DNA of 64,000 nt from Minisyncoccota bacterium (GTDB taxonomy: Bacteria > Patescibacteriota > Minisyncoccia > Phycocordibacterales > UBA6065). The stretch covers positions 137,529 to 201,528 of the forward strand of contig DASWWW010000002.1 of NCBI GenBank assembly GCA_036400935.1, in the 5' to 3' direction. How positions within the stretch are numbered: the first letter of the stretch is position 1; each line of letters begins with the position of its first letter. This document shows positions 45,469-54,990 of the stretch, in pieces. The notes below the pieces were generated by a model, which ran no database searches, was not told the origin of the DNA, and saw only the letters and a list, made by a program, of their open reading frames with translations. The position numbers and the translations under genes are program-made.

Positions 45469-46032
45469 ATGAGCAAGCTCTTTGCAGTATTGCTAGGAGG
45501 CAGGCCTACTGGCGCTACGATCGAACAGCACAACGTCTTTTTCGGCGTCGGCGAGAAGCTTGAGGAATTGTTTCCCGCCATCAAGAGATTCTGGACTGCA
45601 GCGCCAAAGATCCACATCGATGCCTATATGGTCATCGAGCAAGTCGGCGACTATTCCGTCGTTCCGTTGAAGAAAAACGAGCTTACTGACCCCGTGCGTG
45701 GCGAGCAGAGGCTCTTCTTCGTAAACCTCGGAGGCTATCAAGCGGGAGTGTTCGACGAGATTCACAAGAAGCTCTTCATCGTCGCACCTGATATGAAGGC
45801 AGCCCTGCTCGCCGCAAATACCGATCCCTTCTTCAGCGAAGGCATTCGTGCCGGACAGGCTGTCCCGCATATCGACGACAAGCATCCTTTAGACGAGTTC
45901 GGGGACGATACCCCTCTCGACCTCGGCGAACAGGTCAATCCTCAAGGATACGTCCTGTGCCTCAACAAGATCTCATCGGGAAGCAAGGCATATCCCGAAC
46001 CGTTCATTACCGGCTTCCTCCGGGTCGCCTGA
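45469..46032 (+). CDS. hypothetical protein (187 aa)
   Basis: Intact ORF with no recognised motif. Confidence 0.45.
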   Translation: MSKLFAVLLGGRPTGATIEQHNVFFGVGEKLEELFPAIKRFWTAAPKIHIDAYMVIEQVGDYSVVPLKKNELTDPVRGEQRLFFVNLGGYQAGVFDEIHKKLFIVAPDMKAALLAANTDPFFSEGIRAGQAVPHIDDKHPLDEFGDDTPLDLGEQVNPQGYVLCLNKISSGSKAYPEPFITGFLRVA

Positions 46033-46062
46033 CAGGCTAATTTCGATTAGCCTGTTTTTTAT

Positions 46063-46395
46063 TTACCGATCCAAAACCCTCAACGATCGCTTGATGGTCA
46101 CAAAAGCGTACGCCCACAGGAGTGGCATCCATAGAGGCATGATTCCGAAAAGGCTGTTTCGAGTAAACGTCTCGACACCCGTGCTTATGAAAATATATTC
46201 GGAGATCGTTATGCCGATGAGGCCAAAGATGAGCGCGGCCCAGTCATTTTTCTCGCTCTTAATGAGCATCAATCCAGCGATGAATGCGACGTAAACTGCC
46301 GCAAGCGCATAATCATTGGCAATCACGGGTATAAGCCCGATCATTGCGACGATCGGAACAAAATAAAGGACCAGAGTTAAGGATTTTCTTTGCAT
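46063..46395 (-). CDS. hypothetical membrane protein (110 aa)
   Basis: Three TM helices; it overlaps the upstream ORF by 19 bp. Confidence 0.4.
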   Translation of the reverse strand: MQRKSLTLVLYFVPIVAMIGLIPVIANDYALAAVYVAFIAGLMLIKSEKNDWAALIFGLIGITISEYIFISTGVETFTRNSLFGIMPLWMPLLWAYAFVTIKRSLRVLDR

Positions 46396-46823
46396 GCTGA
46401 CATTATGTCCTTAATGAGCGCCGGAATATCCCCTCTGTTGAAGTGAACGAATGAGTGCCTTACACCCCGCGACCCAATGGCCTCCGACACTTTGTACATT
46501 GCCCAATTGCAAAATGATCTCGTCGGAATTTTCGAAACGTGAAAAATAGGGCTTTTGGGAATATAAAGGGCGTACGACTTCTTGCCTCTCCTATTCACTT
46601 TCCCTTTCGGCCCGAATGAATTTATGGCGACGCTTTCAAAGCGGCTCTTTGTCTTGATTTCGGCCACGCCAATCACGCGAGCAGGTTGTCTTTTCTCGAT
46701 CAGCTCAACAAGCTTTGCCATATCCTCCTTGAGCTTTCCCAAAACGAATACGTCAATTTCCGCTTCCTTGAAAGCCACGATATGCTTGTTCGTGCGAAAG
46801 GAGTAGACTAGCAGTTTTTCCAT
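46377..46823 (-). CDS. compact peptidase C15 (pyroglutamyl-peptidase I)-like protein (tentative)
   Basis: ESVAIN, SFCNWAMY and SFVHF align with the PCP catalytic Glu (ERIAVN), Cys (LYLCNYVMY) and His (GFIHVP). The protein is 148 aa against about 210 aa typical. Confidence 0.35.
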   Translation of the reverse strand: MEKLLVYSFRTNKHIVAFKEAEIDVFVLGKLKEDMAKLVELIEKRQPARVIGVAEIKTKSRFESVAINSFGPKGKVNRRGKKSYALYIPKSPIFHVSKIPTRSFCNWAMYKVSEAIGSRGVRHSFVHFNRGDIPALIKDIMSACKENP

Positions 46824-46845
46824 GCAAACATGATAGCATTAGCGC

Positions 46846-47130
46846 ATGAAAGACGATTTCAAATCTCAGCTTCTCAAGCTCAAGAACACCGGCAAGATCG
46901 CCATGCCGGCCGATTTGCGCAAGGCTCTGAATGCAAACAAGCGGGCCAACGCCACATGGAATGACCTTACAGAAATCGCTCGGCGAGACTGGATTCTGTG
47001 GGTCATATCAGGCAAGCTCGCGAAAACGCGAAAGCGCCGCATCGAGAAGGCGTGCGACATGCTCTCATCTGGAAAGCGGCGAGTATGCTGCTTTGGAGGC
47101 ATGAACTGGCTGATCAAGACGGAGCTCTAG
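46846..47130 (+). CDS. YdeI/OmpD-associated (OmdA) family protein
   Basis: TWNDLTEIARRDWILWVISGKLAKTRKRRIEKACDMLSSGKRRVCCFGG is the characteristic C-terminal motif of this family. Confidence 0.6.
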   Translation: MKDDFKSQLLKLKNTGKIAMPADLRKALNANKRANATWNDLTEIARRDWILWVISGKLAKTRKRRIEKACDMLSSGKRRVCCFGGMNWLIKTEL

Positions 47131-48572
47131 TGCACCACTCCGTTCTCGATCCTCACTACCCTCTCGAACCCGATCCTATCTACGAAATACCGATCGTGAG
47201 AGACGGCGAGGATCGCCCCTTTGTACTCGACGAGCGCGTCCTCGATGATCTCGCGCGACGCGATATCGAGATGGTTCGTGGGCTCGTCCAGGATCAGAAG
47301 CTCATTTTCCTGATTCGTCAGCTTCGCGAATATCAGGCGGACGCGCTCGCCGGAACTCAGATCCGAAACCTTTTTGAACACGTCCTCGCCCCTGAAATGG
47401 AAAGCGCCCAGTATCGCCCTCCAATCCCTTTCAGACGCCTTCATCCTTTCCGTGCTCAGGAACTCGTCCTTCACTGTCTTGGCAAGGTCGAGCCCCTCGT
47501 GCTCCTGCGCGAAATATCCGATGCGGACCTTTTTGCCAATCTTTACTTCGCCCTTGTCCTGAGGCAATTCCCCGGAAATTATCCTGAGCAGCGTTGTCTT
47601 GCCCGAGCCGTTTTGCCCCGACAGCAGCACGCGCTCCTCGCCGCGAATCTCGAGGCTGATATTCCGCAGAACAAGCCTGCCTCCGAGCGTTTTAGCCACT
47701 TCTCGGCATCGCACGATCAACTTCGCGTGATCCGCCTCTCCAGAGAGCTCCATGCCCCTGATCTTTCTGTCCGCCCTTGGCTTTGCAATCTCTTGGCTGT
47801 AGATTTCCCGCTCAAGCCTTTTCTCCATAGCCCTGATCTGCTTGCCCTTTGACGGGTCGGGATGGACCCTTGCCTCCTGCCGCTTGAGGGCAAGCCACAA
47901 TTCCAGGCGCTTCTTCTCCTTCTGCTGCCTCCAATAGCTGTCCTCCTGGCGCTCGAAGCTTTTCTCCTTCTGGATCCTGTACTCCGAATAGCCTCCCTGG
48001 TACTCAACGAAGGAATGGTTCATCGGATCGATCTCGAATATGTTGTGAACGGAATTGTCCAGGAGCTTGCGGTCGTGCGATATGACGAGAACAATCCCTT
48101 TGAATTCCTCGATGAATTTCTCGAGCCATGCCAAGCCCTGTACATCCAGATGGTTCGTGGGCTCGTCCAAAAAGAGAGCGGATGGGCTCGAGAGCAGTAT
48201 CTTTGCCAAAGCCAAACGGGTTCTTTGCCCGCCGGAAAGCTTTTGCACGGGCATGTCGGATGCAACCTTGTCGAGGCCAACTTTCTTCAGGGCGTCCTTA
48301 GCATCCGGCTCGCGCGCGGCAAGGACGCTCTGAACACTGTCTTCCGGCTTGAACGGATGCTCTTGGGCGAGGTATCCAATCCTCTCTCCCTCGATGCGAA
48401 TATCTCCAGAGTCCCCCTCGGCAAGGCCAAGTATGATCTTCATCAGTGTCGATTTCCCGCAACCGTTCGGCCCCACGAGCCCTACCTTGTCGCCCTTGTG
48501 CAACGCGAAGGAGACCCCCTCGAACAGAGGATCGCCCAATACGCTTTTTGCCAATTTCTTAACGATAATCAT
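47127..48572 (-). CDS. ABC-F family ATPase (two tandem ABC domains, no TM domain)
   Basis: Two Walker A motifs (GPNGCGKST, GQNGSGKTT), two LSGGQ/LSSGE signatures and two Walker B motifs; 481 aa. Confidence 0.85.
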   Translation of the reverse strand: MIIVKKLAKSVLGDPLFEGVSFALHKGDKVGLVGPNGCGKSTLMKIILGLAEGDSGDIRIEGERIGYLAQEHPFKPEDSVQSVLAAREPDAKDALKKVGLDKVASDMPVQKLSGGQRTRLALAKILLSSPSALFLDEPTNHLDVQGLAWLEKFIEEFKGIVLVISHDRKLLDNSVHNIFEIDPMNHSFVEYQGGYSEYRIQKEKSFERQEDSYWRQQKEKKRLELWLALKRQEARVHPDPSKGKQIRAMEKRLEREIYSQEIAKPRADRKIRGMELSGEADHAKLIVRCREVAKTLGGRLVLRNISLEIRGEERVLLSGQNGSGKTTLLRIISGELPQDKGEVKIGKKVRIGYFAQEHEGLDLAKTVKDEFLSTERMKASERDWRAILGAFHFRGEDVFKKVSDLSSGERVRLIFAKLTNQENELLILDEPTNHLDIASREIIEDALVEYKGAILAVSHDRYFVDRIGFERVVRIENGVVH

Positions 48573-48595
48573 TGTGTTGGAATTAGAAAATTAAA

Positions 48596-48622
48596 AACCC
48601 AGCCGAGGAGCTGGGTTTTTCT
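48596..48622. terminator. bidirectional hairpin terminator upstream of the ABC-F gene
   Basis: AAAA-AACCCAGC-CGAGGA-GCTGGGTT-TTTTC. Confidence 0.5.
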
Positions 48623-48815
48623 TAAAAATCTTTCATGTGCCGCTTGTCCGCCTATGATTTTTGAGTTTTTACCCAGCTCGAAAAAGCGCACGGAGTTGCT
48701 CCCTTGAAGTTCTTTAGATATATGCACGCTTTCACTTTCATACCAGGAATCCTACAGCAATCTCGTGATAAAATCCAACATACGTATAATCATCTTCCTT
48801 ATCTCAGCGCTAATG

Positions 48816-48850
48816 CGAAAAATCCCTACATGAAGTGGGGATTTTTCGTA
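48816..48850. terminator. bidirectional terminator downstream of the large surface-protein gene
   Basis: AAAAATCCCTAC-ATGAAG-TGGGGATTTTTC. Confidence 0.45.
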
Positions 48851-48932
48851 TTAACGGGGATTGTGGGTTCAGCACCGGTTATAAGCTAACCCTGTCAGCA
48901 ATACAAATTGTAGTGCACGACTCGAATCAGGC

Positions 48933-51900
48933 CTAGTAATCAAAACTTCCCTTACCATCGAGCTCTACAGCCCCCGTCTTGCATCCGACAAGCATATTCA
49001 GAAACTTATTGGTCGTTTTGTATTTATAGCCAGTGCCCTCTGAAAGGTTCCATGGCTTGAGCATTGCGTCTGAGAACTCTTCCTGAAAACGCCCAAGGGA
49101 CGCCTCGAACCCAGTATCAAACGATATATCGATTGCCCCGCTATAGAATCCAAGCCCTGAAAGCAGAGACTTTGCGCGAGACACCTCCGTTGAACGCGGA
49201 TTCACCGAAACACTGTTGTATTCAGTAAAAGCAGGGCATTCTGATGTCTGGGCGCACTTAATTGAATTTATCTTGAGAAGCGTCGTTCGATAGACATAGC
49301 CAGTCGGCTCAGAGATTCCCCAGATCAAGAGCACCTCGGTCTTATATTTCTTCTGAAAGCGCTTGACGGCTTCGACGTCTGCAGGTGAATACACGCCATC
49401 GACCGAAAGACTTTCACCCTGCGTGTCATTAAGAAACTCTTCGAGCCTCCTAACCTCCGAAGGATCATTCTGGCCCCCATAAGCGACGTATCCCTTCATA
49501 TAGGGCGCGCAAGAACCTTGCGGGACAGATGCGGCGGAACTCTGAAAAAAAAGGTGTGCCCACTGTTTTTTGAGGACATCTGCTTCAGCGGTCCTTCCCA
49601 TAGCAATGAGGTTCGCGACAAGGGACTGCACTGACGATCCGCTCCTATTGTTGCTCGACTGCGCCTGGGAGCCGAATAGGGCAAAGATGGAGAAATGGGG
49701 AGCGGTACACTCGATGCGATTGCCGGCCGTATCAACGTCACAGCTATCGAGCGCACTCCATGCGCCGTTACTGTAGTGGTAAAGCCAGAGGGACGACTCG
49801 CTGATGTTTGATATTTCGCTGTCCGTGTACTCGTACGAAATCGTCACCGGGTGGTCAAACGAGTCGAGGATCGTCGTGCCGTTTATTACCGCCTTTACAT
49901 CGAATACCGTAGCGCCGACTTCGTTTGGTTTAGCGTCAGGGCGCCCAATCATGCCGAGCACGTTGTCGCTCGGCACGGCCTTCACTTGTATGACAAGAGA
50001 CGAGGAGGTCGCCGTAACATTCGCAGGCAGAGACACCGTGAATGTCTTGCCCCCTTCTTGCATGGTAGAGACACCTCCGGAGCTCGACGTTATGCTCGCA
50101 GAAGTAGCCTGTGTCGGCGCCGAAGAATACTCACAGCCCGCCGTCGTGAACGTCGCATCAGTTGAAGTCGCGACATTCCCCGCCGCGTCGCTAGAGACCG
50201 TTGCGTAGTGATAGATCGCACAAGCTGCAAGCGGGGAAAGAGAAACGCTGTGGGAGGTGACGCGCGGCGACGTGTTTGACTCTGGCGTTGTAGAACCGTA
50301 CGCAGAGGTCAACCCGAACGCGACCCTCGTCGAAGCCGCTTCGTTCGTCGCCCACGCGACTCCCGCAGAGCTGCTCGCAGTTGAGGAAGCTGTCACGCTT
50401 GAAATCACCGGCGCGCTTGAATCGGCGGTGGTGAAGCTCCATCCCGTGGCGTTCGTTATGCCCGGGAAGTAATCGTCATCGGCGTCCTTAAATGCGGTCG
50501 AGGGGATCTGAACGTAATATTCAATGCCGTCATCGAGGGAATTCGCAGGATTGATAGTGATGGTATCAGTTCCGCTGCCGCTCACCTGCCCGCTCCCCAC
50601 TGGTATAGTTTCAACGATCGAATTATCAGACGCCTTCTTGATGAGGATGTCTCCGGTACCTACCGTTACCGAGGTGCTCAACGTTATGACTAGATTCGTG
50701 TTTCCGTTGACCCCTACGGCATTGTCGACCGGTGACAGACCTTCTGCGGCAGGATTCTCCGTCGACGCGAGTGTAAAGAGTCCTCCTGCCCCAAAATCTA
50801 CCGCCACGCGCCACGCATCGCCTCCCTGATCACTCATACCCTGGGGAACCTCGTCGCTCAAGCTGCCGTCGTTATCGGAGTCGTACACGAAATAATAGAC
50901 GCCGCCGTCAAGGGTGTCGGGAATATTCATATTTGAGTTCGCGACGTTAAAATCCATGCGAACGAATCCTACGTCGCCCTGCTCCTGCTTCTTCCATTTA
51001 CGCTCAAGAATGCTGTAGCCAGAAGGCGCCCCCGTCGTTGTCCACGACGCCGCGCCACCGTTATCCCCAAAGACGAGAAACTCCAGATCGTCCATGTCCT
51101 CAAAATCGGGCACGAGGTTTGTGCCTTCGTTGACGGCCTCCACCGTGATCACAGTTGTCGAGTTCTGCCCCCTCGACTTTATCTGGCTGAGGTTCGACGC
51201 GTCGTCGCGCCCGATGCCAAACAGGTCGTTGTCATAGGTGCTCGCATCCGCTGCGTCCTTGTCCCACATGAGGTTGCTACCGCTCGCAAGGTAACTTTGC
51301 GCGGTACCCTGATCAAGGCTGAAGCCGTACTTGAGGGCGAGATACGAGTTGATACGCTGCCGCTCGGTGGCCGTTACGAGCCGGTCATAGTAGATAACCT
51401 CCGAAATATTGCCGTCCCAATATTCGTCGCCACGCGAATTGGAGCCTATCTTCACGCTGCCGCTTAGAGACGTGTTTACGTTTCCTCCGCTTCCCTGCAC
51501 GGGAACACTGCCGTTTACTGCGATATACAGGGGGCCGCCATTCACCGCGCCGTATGCGAGGCGAGCAGTACCATAGGGAGTCCAGCTGCCAGTGATCGCT
51601 TCCTGCGAACTGTGCGTGGTGATAAAGACCGACGCGCTGTTCGAGTTGTGCCCAAAATCGAATCCAGCACCTCCACCGAACGTGCCTGCACCGAGGACGT
51701 AACGCCAACCGCCGGAATCGGCAGAGGCGACCACGAAAATAGAACGGTCGCCCGAACCGCTTACGAGGCCCGTATCACTTGCCTGGTATCGGCCATCAGT
51801 GAAATTGAGCGTTGGATTGAAATTGAGACCATTTTCGCTATAGACCGCGCTTCCGGCTGAACGGGTCGCATCGCGATTATTTGCAGACTGGTCCTCCCAT

Positions 51901-52127
51901 GTCTCTATCTGCTCGTTATCAGCTGCCGCATTCCCGCCCGAATCTTTGGCACCGCTGTCGGCCGAGAACCAGAACTCAAGGCCACTTTCCACACCAGCGG
52001 GCCCGGCGGCAAATGCGATAGGCGAAAAAATAGAGCTGATTGCAGCTGTCACCGTTACCGCCAAAAGAAAAAAGCCCCGACGTCTCATTATGGTGAATAG
52101 TATAGCAACCATTGAGGCTTCGGACAA
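48933..52127 (-). CDS. large secreted cell-surface protein (1064 aa): N-terminal LamG/concanavalin-like domain, Ig-like beta domains, two C-terminal peptidoglycan-binding-like domains
   Basis: Signal peptide (probable start MRRRGFFLLAVTVTAAISS at 52088). LamG-like DRLVTATERQRINSYLALKYGFSL. The C-terminal PG_binding-like repeats are DGVYSPADVEAVKRFQKKY... and LSGLGFYSGAIDISFDTGFEASLGRFQEEF... Confidence 0.7.
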   Translation of the reverse strand: MSEASMVAILFTIMRRRGFFLLAVTVTAAISSIFSPIAFAAGPAGVESGLEFWFSADSGAKDSGGNAAADNEQIETWEDQSANNRDATRSAGSAVYSENGLNFNPTLNFTDGRYQASDTGLVSGSGDRSIFVVASADSGGWRYVLGAGTFGGGAGFDFGHNSNSASVFITTHSSQEAITGSWTPYGTARLAYGAVNGGPLYIAVNGSVPVQGSGGNVNTSLSGSVKIGSNSRGDEYWDGNISEVIYYDRLVTATERQRINSYLALKYGFSLDQGTAQSYLASGSNLMWDKDAADASTYDNDLFGIGRDDASNLSQIKSRGQNSTTVITVEAVNEGTNLVPDFEDMDDLEFLVFGDNGGAASWTTTGAPSGYSILERKWKKQEQGDVGFVRMDFNVANSNMNIPDTLDGGVYYFVYDSDNDGSLSDEVPQGMSDQGGDAWRVAVDFGAGGLFTLASTENPAAEGLSPVDNAVGVNGNTNLVITLSTSVTVGTGDILIKKASDNSIVETIPVGSGQVSGSGTDTITINPANSLDDGIEYYVQIPSTAFKDADDDYFPGITNATGWSFTTADSSAPVISSVTASSTASSSAGVAWATNEAASTRVAFGLTSAYGSTTPESNTSPRVTSHSVSLSPLAACAIYHYATVSSDAAGNVATSTDATFTTAGCEYSSAPTQATSASITSSSGGVSTMQEGGKTFTVSLPANVTATSSSLVIQVKAVPSDNVLGMIGRPDAKPNEVGATVFDVKAVINGTTILDSFDHPVTISYEYTDSEISNISESSLWLYHYSNGAWSALDSCDVDTAGNRIECTAPHFSIFALFGSQAQSSNNRSGSSVQSLVANLIAMGRTAEADVLKKQWAHLFFQSSAASVPQGSCAPYMKGYVAYGGQNDPSEVRRLEEFLNDTQGESLSVDGVYSPADVEAVKRFQKKYKTEVLLIWGISEPTGYVYRTTLLKINSIKCAQTSECPAFTEYNSVSVNPRSTEVSRAKSLLSGLGFYSGAIDISFDTGFEASLGRFQEEFSDAMLKPWNLSEGTGYKYKTTNKFLNMLVGCKTGAVELDGKGSFDY

Positions 52128-52213
52128 CGAACCAGATTGACGGCACCAAGCAACTTCATATGAAAACTCAAGATATCCACATTCGGGTCACTCCGAAACA
52201 AAGTTTTTTGTAG

Positions 52214-52300
52214 CGGAGAGAGGGGGATTCGAACCCCCGGTGCCATTTCTGACACACAGTCTTTCCAGGACTGCGCATTAGACCACTCTGCCATCTCTCC
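52214..52300 (-). tRNA. tRNA-Ser (anticodon GGA), long variable arm, CCA not encoded
   Basis: The reverse complement GGAGAGATGGCAGAGTGGTCTAATGCGCAGTCCTGGAAAGACTGTGTGTCAGAAATGGCACCGGGGGTTCGAATCCCCCTCTCTCCG folds as a cloverleaf. The anticodon loop is CTGGAAA. Confidence 0.85.
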
Positions 52301-52331
52301 TTTCCGTCGCGGGCAAACTGCCGCGACTATC

Positions 52332-53204
52332 CTACCACGATCCGCTGGAACCTCCACCGCCGGACGAGCCGCCGCCGAATCCGCCAAAGCCTCCGCGGCC
52401 GCTCGAGCCGCCTCCCCCGAGGAACCAGAAGTGCGGGCCGCTGCCGCCTTTGTCCTTGAAAAACTTTCCGGCAAAGCGCGACAGGAGGAAATCTACTACA
52501 AGTCCTATCACTGCCGCAATGACGGCGCCGACGACGCTGAGGAATATGATGCCGGCGACAAAGCCGACCACGCCGCCGAGCCACCACGACCTCGATCGCG
52601 CCATGACGCCAACGAGGTTCGCGATGACGATGAGAACGAACACGACTATCTCTGGGCTGACGTACTTGCCCCAATCGCGGCCAGCGTCATTCACGCTCGC
52701 CATGACCGTCGGATCGCCCTCAACGAGGCCGATCATCTGATTGACCGCGGCGTCGACGCCTTCGTAGTACTTGCCCTCCTTGAAAGCCGGAGTGATGACC
52801 GTCCGGATGATAGTCGACGCCTGGGCATCGGTGATAGTTCCCTCCAGCCCGTACCCAACCTCAATGCGGACCTGCCGCTCTGTCGGAGCGATCAGCAAGA
52901 GAAGGCCGTTGTCCGCGCGCTCCTGGCCGATGCCCCATTCCTCGAACAGCTTTACGGCATACGTCTCGATCGTCTCGTCGCCCAGAGACGGCACGGTAAC
53001 GACAGAAAACTGCACGCCGGCGGGGCGCTCGAAGTTCCCTATCTTATTCTCGAGAGCTGCGCGCTGCTCGACGGTGAAAAGATTCGCGAAGTCGTTCACG
53101 AATCCCTTCGGCTTGCCCGGGCTCTGATATGCCAAGGCGGCGTTCGCGCAAGCGAACGCCGCGATCACGGCAAAGCAGACATATGTGCGGGCTTTTCTAA
53201 ACAT
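52332..53204 (-). CDS. TPM-domain (YgcG/TLP18.3-like) membrane protein with a Gly-rich C-terminal tail
   Basis: Signal peptide, FVNDFANLFTVEQRAALENKI TPM motif, C-terminal TM helix and GGGSSG repeats. Confidence 0.7.
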   Translation of the reverse strand: MFRKARTYVCFAVIAAFACANAALAYQSPGKPKGFVNDFANLFTVEQRAALENKIGNFERPAGVQFSVVTVPSLGDETIETYAVKLFEEWGIGQERADNGLLLLIAPTERQVRIEVGYGLEGTITDAQASTIIRTVITPAFKEGKYYEGVDAAVNQMIGLVEGDPTVMASVNDAGRDWGKYVSPEIVVFVLIVIANLVGVMARSRSWWLGGVVGFVAGIIFLSVVGAVIAAVIGLVVDFLLSRFAGKFFKDKGGSGPHFWFLGGGGSSGRGGFGGFGGGSSGGGGSSGSW

Positions 53205-53221
53205 GAGCCTAATTTATTGCA

Positions 53222-54127
53222 TTACCCTTCCAAGCAATTTTCGTTCCCATAGAGCCAGAGAGGCAAAATGTACAGAGGGTTTTGCTGCTTGCGCATATCG
53301 TCCCTCTTGAAGAATTCGACATTTACGTTGCAGACCGGCGATTTCGAGAGGTCGAGGGTCGCCGTGAAATCGACGAACTCGCCCGACATCCAATTGTCGC
53401 CCCTCTCACCCGGCACTCGTCTTGCGAGCGTCTGGGATATAACCTGCCTCTTTCCGTCCGGGAAGTATGAGACGCGAATATCGAACTCGCCTTCGCCGAA
53501 TATGCCGCGAGCCTTACCGGCTACGGCAACTGGCTTGCCAAGGTCCACCCTGGCATTCGGCGCAGGAGAATCGACGACGATGACCGGAGATCCAGAAACC
53601 TTGAACGAGGACAAGCTGCGTCCGACGTACTCTCGAGAGCCCGCAGGATATACCTCGATCCGATAATTGTTAGCGGTATCCTCAGAGGTTACCGTCCACT
53701 TGTATGCGCCACTCGCAGCGGCAGGAACGCCTCCGGCGATTATTTTCGTATACGCCTGGCCATTTGTAGAAGTAACTATGAGCGCGATAAGCAAATCTTC
53801 CTTTCCGAGATAATTCTCCCAAGTGACATCGTATGTCTTGCCAATCTCTAGGGTCTCGCCCCCATTAGGCGACACGACCCGGATCTTGTCGGATTCCTGG
53901 GCAAAGCCAGCTCCAGAAGACACAGGCAAAGTACGCTGAGCGGGCTCCTTTCCGATTTCTGTTACAGGCATTTCATCTGCGACGACAGTCTCTGAGACTG
54001 TCGTGCTTCCCGCGCTTTCAGTATCTGCCGCATTCCTGAGATACGCCCAAGCGCCGGATGCTACAAGCAGCACAATTGCCGCAATGACTATCGCCCAGAT
54101 AAGGGGCTTGCTGCTGGTCTGTTCCAT
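53222..54127 (-). CDS. membrane-anchored protein with a C-terminal Gmad2-like immunoglobulin-like domain
   Basis: N-terminal TM helix; C-terminal SGSPVIVVDSPAPNARVDLGKPVAVAGKARGIFGEGEFDIRV... Confidence 0.5.
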   Translation of the reverse strand: MEQTSSKPLIWAIVIAAIVLLVASGAWAYLRNAADTESAGSTTVSETVVADEMPVTEIGKEPAQRTLPVSSGAGFAQESDKIRVVSPNGGETLEIGKTYDVTWENYLGKEDLLIALIVTSTNGQAYTKIIAGGVPAAASGAYKWTVTSEDTANNYRIEVYPAGSREYVGRSLSSFKVSGSPVIVVDSPAPNARVDLGKPVAVAGKARGIFGEGEFDIRVSYFPDGKRQVISQTLARRVPGERGDNWMSGEFVDFTATLDLSKSPVCNVNVEFFKRDDMRKQQNPLYILPLWLYGNENCLEG

Positions 54128-54154
54128 ATTTGATTTTTAGCGTCTAAATAGAGA

Positions 54155-54730
54155 CTAGAATTCTACCGTCGGAGCGACTTCTGTTCCCGCGGCGGCCTCG
54201 AAATAAGATCGGGAGTCGAATCCGGTTACAGATGCCACGAGCGAGCTCGGGAATCGGGATACGACAAGGTTATACGATCGGACGTCCTCGTTGTATCGGC
54301 CTCGCTCTGTCGAGATGCGGTTCTCAGTTCCCTCGATCTGAGCCTGAAGGGTCTGGACGTTGGCAGACGACTGGAGCTGAGGGTAATTCTCCATGACTAC
54401 GAGCAATCGCGCGAACGAGGACTCTACCTCGCTTGCCGCTGCTGCCTTTGCGTCTGGGGTGGTCGCGCCCGCATATCGGGTTCGTGCGTCGGCGATCGCG
54501 CCGAATACTGCCGTCTCCTGCTTCATGACGCCCTTTACCGCGTTCACGAGGTTAGGAATAAGGTCGAAGCGCCTCTGATACTGGGTTTCCACCTGGGCCC
54601 ACTGCGCGTCTGCTGCGGTTCGAGCCGTTACGAGCCTGTTATAGGTCATCGCGAAGTAACCGACCAGGATGACGACGACCGCTATGATGATTATTGTTGA
54701 TTTTTTCATGACCCCCTCATTATACAGCAA
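54155..54730 (-). CDS. lemA: LemA family protein
   Basis: MKKSTIIIIAVVVILVGYFAMTYNRLV... The true start is probably MKKST at 54709. It is adjacent to the TPM-domain gene, which is the typical LemA-TPM arrangement. Confidence 0.8.
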   Translation of the reverse strand: MLYNEGVMKKSTIIIIAVVVILVGYFAMTYNRLVTARTAADAQWAQVETQYQRRFDLIPNLVNAVKGVMKQETAVFGAIADARTRYAGATTPDAKAAAASEVESSFARLLVVMENYPQLQSSANVQTLQAQIEGTENRISTERGRYNEDVRSYNLVVSRFPSSLVASVTGFDSRSYFEAAAGTEVAPTVEF

Positions 54731-54737
54731 ATAAAAA

Positions 54738-54772
54738 ACCGCACCTCAATGGCGCGGCGATGAAAATCCATG
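54738..54772 (-). terminator. intrinsic terminator
   Basis: CCGCGCC-ATTGA-GGTGCGG stem (one G-U pair) with a U-run on the minus strand. Confidence 0.45.
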
Positions 54773-54778
54773 CAATCA

Positions 54779-54925
54779 CTAGGCCTCGGGAGGATCCTGA
54801 GTGTCCTCGTAGGAAGGATTTTTCTTTCCCGACATGGCGAAGCCAAGGATCAGGAGGATTACGGTTGCAGGAAGGGCGAAAATAAGCCAGAAGTACATAT
54901 TGATTTGCTCAAAGCTTACACCCAT
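54779..54925 (-). CDS. small membrane protein (48 aa), tentative
   Basis: MGVSFEQINMYFWLIFALPATVILLILGFAMSGKKNPSYEDTQDPPEA, with a terminator immediately downstream. Confidence 0.3.
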   Translation of the reverse strand: MGVSFEQINMYFWLIFALPATVILLILGFAMSGKKNPSYEDTQDPPEA

Positions 54926-54990
54926 TGACACATCAATGCAAGTCGTGGTGTGAATTAAAAATTCGCCCGTAACCAGGGCGAATCGACTTG

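Noticed and set aside
48895-48925. The everted half-site arrangement TACAAATTGTAGTG, considered as a third copy of the TTTGTAGTA palindrome family.
   Set aside because: Only 7-8 nt per half-site match, the arrangement is everted rather than inverted, and the position (3' of a gene) differs. I treat it as a possible coincidence and mention it only under the palindrome finding.
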